A DNA stretch of 64,000 nucleotides, taken from Stegostoma tigrinum. Its lineage: Eukaryota. The stretch spans positions 96,021,187-96,085,186 of the forward strand of contig NC_081362.1 of the NCBI RefSeq assembly GCF_030684315.1. Direction: 5' to 3'. The notes beneath the pieces are model-generated. The model worked only from the letters and a program-made list of their open reading frames with translations, did not search any database and was not told the origin of the DNA. Of the stretch, positions 53,073 through 62,000 are shown piece by piece. How positions within the stretch are numbered: position 1 is the first letter of the stretch; each line of letters opens with the position of its first letter. Position numbers and translations under genes: made by a program.

Positions 53073-56000
53073 TGCAATTTTACCACAATTCACATTCCTC
53101 AGTAACATGCAGCACCCTGTGATTATAGGTGCAAGCGTGACAGTTCAATATGTCACTGCAGAATTGTTTTGATGGAGAACTGGTCACTTGCTGTGAAGGA
53201 GGGCGAAAGGTTGCAACCATGTTTTAACGGATGGCAGCAGGTGATCAGTGCGCTCTCATAGGATTCAAAGAACAAAGAAAATTACAGCACAGGAACAGGC
53301 TCTTCGGCCCTCTAAGCCTGCGCTGATCAGATCGTCTGTCTAACCTGTCATCTATTTTCTAACAGTCTGTGTCCATTTGCTCCCTGCCCATCCACGTACC
53401 TGTCCAGATACATCTTAAAAGACACTATCGTGTCTGCGTCGACCACCTCTGCTGGCAAAACGTTCCAGGCACCACCACCCTCTGTGTAAAGAACTTTCCA
53501 CGCATATCTCCCTTAAACTTTCCTCCTCTCACTTTGAACTCATGACCCCCAGTAACTGAGTATCCCACTTCTGGGAAAAAAACTTTTTGCTATCCACCCT
53601 GTCTGTACCCCTCATGATTTTGTAGACCTCAATCAGGTCCCCCCCCCACCTCAATCATTGTCTTTCTAATCAAAATAATCCTCATCTACTCAACGTTTCT
53701 TCATAGCTAGTGCCCTCCATAGCAGGCAACATCTTGGTGACCCTCCTCTGCACATTCTCCAAAGTATCCACATCCTTTTGATAATGTGGCGACCAGAACT
53801 GTACGCGGTGTTCCAAATGTGGTCAAAACGAAGTCCTATACAACTGTAACATGTCCTGCCAACTCTTGTACTCAATACCCCGTCCGATGAAGGAAAGCAT
53901 GCCGTATGCCTTCTTGACCACCCTATTGACCTGCGTTGTCACCTTCAGGGAACAATGGACCTGAACACCCAGATCTCCCTGAACATCAATTTCCCAGGAC
54001 TTTTCCATTTACTGTATAGTTTGCTCTTGACGTGGATCTTCCAAAATGCATCACCTCTCATTTGCCCGGATTGAACTCCACCTGCCATTTATCTGCCCAA
54101 CTCTCCAGTCTATCTATATTCTGCTGTAATCTCTGACAGTCCCCTTCACTATCTGCTACTCCACCAATCTTTGTGCCATCTGCAAACTTGCTGATCAGAC
54201 CACCTACACCTTCCTCCAGATCATTTACGTATATCACAAGCAACAGTGGTCCCAGCACAGATCCCTGTGGAACACCACTGGTCACAGTTCTCCAATTTGA
54301 AAAAAACCCTTCCACTATTACTCTCTGTCTCCTGTTGCCTAGCCAGCTTTTTATCCATCTAGCTAGTGCACCTGGGAGCCCAGGTGACTTCACTTTCTCC
54401 ATCAGCCTGCCATGGAGAACCTTATCAAATGCCTTATTTAACTCCATTCAGTGCTTTTCCAATTGACATCAATGTTTCAGGTGAGGGGAGTGAAAGCACG
54501 CTGGCTAAATTCACAGATGTGACCTGTCAGGAATTATATTGTGAAGAAGATATAATATGGTCACAGGTGAACATAAATCAATTGAGACATTGGGTATTAA
54601 TGCCACAGATGGAGTATGATGAGAGAAAATGTGAAGTTCTTCACTTTGTCAGAAAAAAAATCAAAAAGGTAGGGCATTACATAAAGAGGAGAAGACTGCC
54701 AGCACTGAGAAAAATCTTTGTGTTCTTGCGCAGGAGTCAAAGAAATTTGGCTTCCAGGTACATGCTATAATCGAGAAGGTTATTGGGATGTTGTCTTATT
54801 ACGAGAGGAATTGAATATAAGAACTTGGGAGCAAGAGTAGGCCATTAAGCCCCTCAGTTATGCTCTACCATTTAATATGATCATGGCTGATCTCATCTCA
54901 GTCTCAACTCCACTTTTCTGCCTGTTCTCCATAGCTGTTTAATCTGTTACTCATTAAAATTCTGCCTGTCTCCTTCTTAAATTTACCCAATGTCCCAGCA
55001 TCCATCAAAATCTGCGGGACTAAATTCCACAGGTTCATGACCCTTTAAGTGAAGTAATTTCTCCTCATCTCTGTTTCAAATTTACTGCCCCTTACCCTGA
55101 ACGAATTCTAAATTGTCGCACAAAGGGAAACATTCTGTCTACAACTGGGATAGCAAGTCCTGCAGATGCTGGAGTCAGAGATAACATGGTGTGACGCTGG
55201 AGGAACACAGCAGGCCAAGGCTCATCAGAAGAATGGGAAAGATGATGTTTCACATCAGGACCCTTCTTCAGAAATAGGGAGAGGGAAGGGAGCTCTGAAA
55301 TAAATAGAGAGAGAGATAGGTCGGGCTGGAGAAGGTAGGTGGGATGGTGACAGGTGAGTGCAGGTAGGGAGTGGTGGGGATTGTTCAGTGGGGTTGGAGG
55401 GACAGAAAGGTGGGAGAGAAGATGGACAGGTTGTGTCAGGTCAAGGAGGGGGATGAGAGGGAGGGTTGATCATGGGATAAGGCTGGGGGTGGGGAAATGT
55501 TGAAACTTCTAAAATCCATGTTTAGGCCATTGGGTTTTTGGCTCCCGAGGCGGAACGTGAGTTGCTGCTCCTCCAGCTTGCGGGTTTGGAGTACATCCCT
55601 CAGGACAGTCCTATCCTCACATTGGGCCTGAAATGAAGCTTACATTAAGAGAGAACTCTCTGTCTCCATTACTCTGGTATGAAACCAACTGTTCCAAAAG
55701 ACTGAAATCCATGTGTTCACTTGATTTATGGCACTGATGTGAAATTAAACTTCAGTTTTTGGTATCTTACAGAGCAATCTGAAGAGCTGTGGTTAATGAT
55801 AATCATTGGCGTTGCCCTGGCATTTGTTGTCTTACTCTGCATCTTTCTCATCATACTTCTTTATGTGAAGAAATGGGCCTGTTTTCAACACCGATCAAAA
55901 CCAGAGGGGTAATTACAATCACATTCCCTATCTCATGGGATTATAATCTTGAATTAAATATTGATGGGTGGAGGGATGACATCAGCACTTTGGCAATGGT

Positions 56001-59000
56001 GTCAAAAGGCATTTTCCCACTCACAGAGTCCTAATGAATATGAAATTATACAGACCTATGATGCATTGCAATTTATCAGATGGCTATCAGAGTTTTGAAT
56101 TTCAAAAGAAGTGTCTACAAATTTCGTAGTTCACCTTCCACTTGTCAGTCAGTGTTTTCCCCTTTTCCCAGCCGTGTCCTTCTTTAGAACACTCTCTCTC
56201 CGTCAGTATTTTTATTTACTCATAGGAAATGCATCTCACTGGCTGGTCCAGCATTTACTGCCTCATCCCCAGCTGCCCTTGAGAAGGTGGTGATGAGGTG
56301 CCTTCTTGAACTGTTGCAGGCCATGTGCTTTGGGTTAACACACAATGTCCTTAGGGAGGGAATTCCAAGATTGTTACTCAGCAACACTGGAGGAATGGTT
56401 ATATTTCCCAAGTCAGGATGGTGAGTGGCTTTGAGGGAAACTTGCAGGAGGTAGTGTTCCCATATATCTGATGCTCTTGTCATTCTAGAACCTGCAAAGT
56501 GCTGTATAAGATCACTCCAACTTATTTGTGCAGAGAATGTACACAAGAGAACTTTACACATTTGTAATCCATAGAAATGAATGTTAAAGATGATGATCAC
56601 AAGTGTCCATGCGACAAACCTCTCACCTCAGTCAGGGGGTGTGAGCCCATGTTTTCAGCCGGAATCACCCCAAAGGAAATGTGTTGTTTATTCCTGCTAT
56701 TCGGTTTCTGGGAGCAGTGGCAGGTGATTGTTATATTTGAACATCAGTTCTTATTTATAATTTTTGATAGACTGCCCCAAACCATTTCTGTGTAAAATGT
56801 CTGTCAAAGTTGCTGGCAGTGCTGTTGGGTCCTGTACCCGTGCATATTGATCAATCAGAAGCTCCTGTTATAGTCAACATTCAGAACAGTGACCAGCAAA
56901 TCCCAACTGCTGAAATGTCAATTTCCAAAATTTTTACTCAGCCCATCATGTTCATGCTATCTGAAAGCGAATGCAGCCTGGGATGATGACTCCTGAGAGA
57001 CACATGGTGGTCTCTGAGAGCTGTTTCATGACATTATTGCAACATCCAGGAGAAAGGTCTCTGCACAATGAATTTATATTCCTGACCTTGTCCACAAGAC
57101 ACAGCCTGAACAAAACTGACCCCAGCACTGACTCAACTGTCAGAAATTCCTGGGATCTTAGCTGCTAACATGAAATTCTGCTTTATCTGAAGGAATAGTT
57201 GGTCAATCTCAGATGCATCCTTCAGTTCTTGGGTCATTTACTGTAAATAAGGCGGGGGGGCATTCATCCAATCAAGACTTCACTAGCTCACTGTGGATCA
57301 ATCTATGTCGATGTAACTCCCTACTCTATCCCATAATCTTGCAAGATCATTTGCCTCAAGTGCCCATCCAATTTCTTTATGAAATCATTCATTCTCTCCC
57401 TTTCCAACTTCCTCACAGGCACCAATGTCTGGGTCATTTCCATGTTTAGATAAAGGTTTTCCTCACATTTGCCCTCCCTTTCTCATCCAAATCCTTCAAT
57501 CTGTTTCTGCCAGTCCCTGTCCCATCAGCCAATGGAAATAGTTTCAGTTTGTTTAAACTAAACCTGTCATGATGAGCAAGGGAGAAATAGAGAGATAAGA
57601 GAATGGATGAAGGGTCTAGGCCCGAAACATCAGTTTTTGTGCTCCTGAGATGCTGCTTGGCCTGCTGTGTTCATCCAGCTCCACACTTTGTTATTAAGGG
57701 AGAAATGGACACCAGTTGGCCCCTTCCAACATGTGCATGGTTTATTAGACAGAATAAGAGGCTTTCTCCATCACTTTGACGTTCTTTCCTACTTCTGGAG
57801 TCCCAATATTAAATCACTGACTTTATGTTTCTGCACCATTTCAAACAGGACCTCTGAAGAAGAGCTTAACACGGTGTATGCAACAGTCAGTGGTAAGGCA
57901 TTTCAATACCCACACTGATGACCGCCCAAATGACATTTGTTGTTTAACACTAATTATGAAACATTATGAGATGACTTTTGTACCCATGTTATTTTCAACC
58001 ACTCATCACCTGAGTGAAGACATCAGAAAGACAAGGATGAGGGACAAAGCAAAACTAGAACAGAGGAGCAAGAGAAGACCATTCCCTCTCAAGTAACTCT
58101 CCAACAGTGCGGCACTCCCTCAGCACTGACTCTCTGACAGTGGGGCACTCCCTCAGTACTGACCCTCCAGCAATACAGCAGTCCCTCGGTACTGACCCTC
58201 GGACAATGAGACGCAAACTTAGTACTGACCTTCTGACAGTGTGGCACTCTGTTAGTACTGACCCTTGGACAGTATGGCACTCTGTTAGTACTGACCCTTG
58301 GACAGTGTGGCACTCTGTTACTACTGACACTCTAGCAGTGTGGCACTCTGTTAGTACTGACCCTCCAGCAGTATGGCACTCTGTTAGTACTGACCCTTGG
58401 ACAGTGTGGCACTCTGTTACTACTGACACTCTAGCAGTGTGGCACTCTGTTAGTACTGACCCTCCAGCAGTGTGGCACTCTGTTAGTACTGACCCTTGGA
58501 CAGTGTGGCACTCTGTTACTACTGACCCTCCAGCAGTGTGGCACTCTGTTAGCACTGACCCTTGGACAGTGTGGCACTCTGTTAGTACTGACCCTCCAGC
58601 AGTGTGGCACTCTGTTAGTACTGACCCTTGGACAGTGTGGCACTCTGTTAGTACTGACCCTTGGACAGTGTGGCACTCTGTTACTACTGACCCTCCAGCA
58701 GTGTGGCACTCTGTTAGTACTGACCCTTGGACAGTGTGGCACTCTGTTAGTACTGACCCTTGGACAGTGTGGCACTCTGTTAGTACTGACCCTCCAGCAG
58801 TGTGGCACTCTGTTAGTACTGACCCTTGGACAGTGTGGCACTCTGTTAGTACTGACCCTTGGACAGTGTGGCACTCTGTTAGTACTGACCCTCCAGCAGT
58901 GTGGCACTCTGTTAGTACTGACCCTTGGACAGTGTGGCACTCTGTTAGTACTGACCCTCCAGCAGTGTGGCAGTCTGTTAGTACTGACCCTTGGACAGTG

Positions 59001-62000
59001 TGGCACTCTGTTAGTACTGACCCTTGGACAGTGTGGCACTCTGTTAGTACTGACCCTTGGACAGTGTGGCACTCTGTTAGTACTGACCCTCCAGCAGTGT
59101 GGCACTCTGTTAGTACTGACCCTTGGACAGTGTGGCACTCTGTTAGTACTGACCCTTGGACAGTGTGGCACTCTGTTAGTACTGACCCTCCAGCAGTGTG
59201 GCACTCTGTTAGTACTGACCCTTGGACAGTGTGGCACTCTGTTAGTACTGACCCTTGGACAGTGTGGCACTCTGTTAGTACTGACCCTCCAGCAGTGTGG
59301 CACTCTGTTAGTACTGACCCTTGGACAGTATGGCACTCTGTTAGTACTGACCCTTGGACAGTGTGGTGCTCTGTTCGTACTGAACTTCTGACAGTTTGGC
59401 ACACCCTCAGCACGGACCATCCAAATACACAGCTAGTCATCAGAGATTCATTCGAACTTAATATTTTTGTCAACAATCCTGCTTTCCTGTCATTATCAGT
59501 CAGAAATAACAGCGATAATAAACTCAGAAATTCTTATCTTATTTCAGCTGAAGTGCAGAATAAACAAATGACTGCGTCCCCTCCTCCAGTAAGTATTGAA
59601 CATAAGCCTTTTACTATTATCATCATGATATGTTGGCCATTCTGTCTTCATAATCCTGTCTGGTTTGACTTCATTTGATTAGATATTAGCAATGCTGTAG
59701 TGAGGGAGTCAGTCTTAGTGGGAAACAGCCTCTGCGTGTGTTCCCATAATCATACTGAGTCACTATTTAACCTGTGACAGCTTGAAAAGAAGCATTAATC
59801 ACAGTGTCACAGAATTGTTACAATGCAGAGGGGGCCATTTGGCCCACTCAGCTTGCAATAGCTCTTCAAACAAACATTGTTACTGTGTGCCAATCAGCTT
59901 TCTATCCATATCTTTCCATATTATCCCAAATAATCATTCAATGCCCCTCTAATTAGCTCAATAGAACCTACCTCTACCACATTTCAAGACAGTGCATTTC
60001 AGACCCTGACCATGCACTGTGTGAAAAACATTTTTCCTCACATCACTCTTGCTTCACTTACAAATCACTTTAGAACTACTCCCTCTCATTCTTGTACAAT
60101 CGAGTGAATTCTCCCTGTTCCAATCTTTCTTATCTCTGAGATGACTTCCTCCAGGGTTTGTTAAAGTCACTGCCTTCCCCAGCGCTGGCCTCCTCTCTGT
60201 TGTTTGGCTCTCCCTTATTGCACAGCTTATTGGGAGAATTTCGAAGTGTTTCCCTTAAGGATGGTTTTTCTTTATTCCTTCGCATGAAGAGGGCATCACC
60301 AGTTAGCTCAGTGTTTTTTACCCCTTACCAAAACTTGGGACATTGTGTTTAGTTCTGGTCACCTCATTATTGGAAAAATGTGGAAGCTTTAGAGAGGGTG
60401 CAGAGAAGATTTACCAGGATGCTGCCTGGACTCGAGGGCAGGTCTTATGAGGAAAGGTTGAGGGAGATAGGGCTTTCTCTCATTTGAGCGAAGAAGGATG
60501 AGAGGTGACTTGATAGAGGTGTACAAGATGATGAGCGGTATAGATAGAGTGGATAGTCAGAGACCTTTTCCCAGGGCGGAAATGACTATTATGAGGGGGC
60601 ATAATTTTAAGATAATTAGAGGAAGGTACGGGGGAGATGTCAGAGGTAGGTTCTTCACACAGAGACTGGTGGGCAAGTGGAATGCGCTGCCGGCAGTGGT
60701 AGTGGAGTCAGATATTTTGGAGACTTTTAAGTGACTCTTGAATAGGCACATGGAGGGTGGTAAAATGAAGGGTATGCAGTGTAGATTGATCTTAGTAGGA
60801 TAACAGTTTGGCACAACATTGTGGGCTGAAGGGCCTGTGCTGTGCTGTATGTTCTATGTCCTATGTTCTAAAACTGTGCATGGGAATGTGGTGGGGAACT
60901 GTGTGCGCAGCAAATGAGCACTGAGTCCCATACCAGGTTTTCACATAAGTATTTTTGTTTCCATGAAATGGTTTATATTTATTTTAACTTCGGCCATAGA
61001 TTGCAGCCAATGTCTTAGCTGCTCAGGTGATAATTCTTTAGAAGGTGCGAATCCAGTTGAAGTGTGTTTTCTCACACTTAGAAGGTTCAGTATGAGGTCA
61101 GCCTGTAGAATTTGATTTGTACTGTCTTTGGCTTAGATAGCTGATATTTAAACTATATAAGTGATTATTAGTCAGGAAGGGAATTAAGGATTATGAGGGG
61201 AAAGGCAGGAAAGTCAAGTTGAGGATTATTGAATCAACAATAATCTCATTGAATGGCAGAACAGCTTTGATGGGCTGAATAGCATACTTCTGCTCCTATG
61301 TCTTGTGATCTGAAAATTTGTCGAGGTGATGAAAAAATCTGAAATCCTTCACTTCCCTGTCTCCCTGTAATGATCATCTCACTATCCCAATTCTGATTTC
61401 CTACTTGCTTGAGCTCCCTGACTGGAACCTATTGTGCCCTCACCCTCAGTTTATTCTTGTCCTCAGTTCATCCTCCAGCTGGTGTATCTTAACAGTGTTT
61501 GGGCAGGACACCTATGTGCCTAATTGAGCTGAAAGCTCTCTCGAGTCTCCACATTGCAGAATCTTGTCTAATAGAAGATGCTAATGTTCATGTTCGACAG
61601 CACTTGCTGGATAATCCAGAATGTGTGAGGAATTTCACTAACAGTTTAGGAGTATTCACCAGGCCTGCAGCGCATATTCATAGATGGGACACATTCTTTT
61701 GAAGCCAAAAGGATGTCCATACTCTGTACCTAGTACAAATTAACAAGGTACATGATATCTATTGCTGATTCATTGACCAATCTGCTTCAACCTGATTGGT
61801 TTAAAATTTAACAAAGCCTGGCAGTTGACTGTCATTCAATACTGATGAGTGCATTCTCTGTGGCAGCCCTTCTAACAATCAGAGTGCAGGTACCAATCAA
61901 TCCACACTGTCCTCTCATGTAGCCTCAGTATTGGCTCCCCCAGATTTCTATTCTTGTGAAATGTCCTGGATGAGAAACTTGGACAAAATGAGTCCTTAAT

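Noticed and set aside
56771-56791. Possible extra 21-nt phase 2-2 cytoplasmic micro-exon (LPQTISV)
   Set aside because: The acceptor is plausible but the donor (gtaaaa) is weak, and the model is complete without it. It cannot be excluded without RNA data.
58095-59420. CRISPR-like array
   Set aside because: Units are contiguous with no unique spacers, and the DNA is eukaryotic.
58055-59678. Long ORFs of 523, 473 and 329 aa
   Set aside because: Artefacts of a 33-bp stop-free tandem repeat that is open on both strands. Only 59548-59588 is treated as coding.
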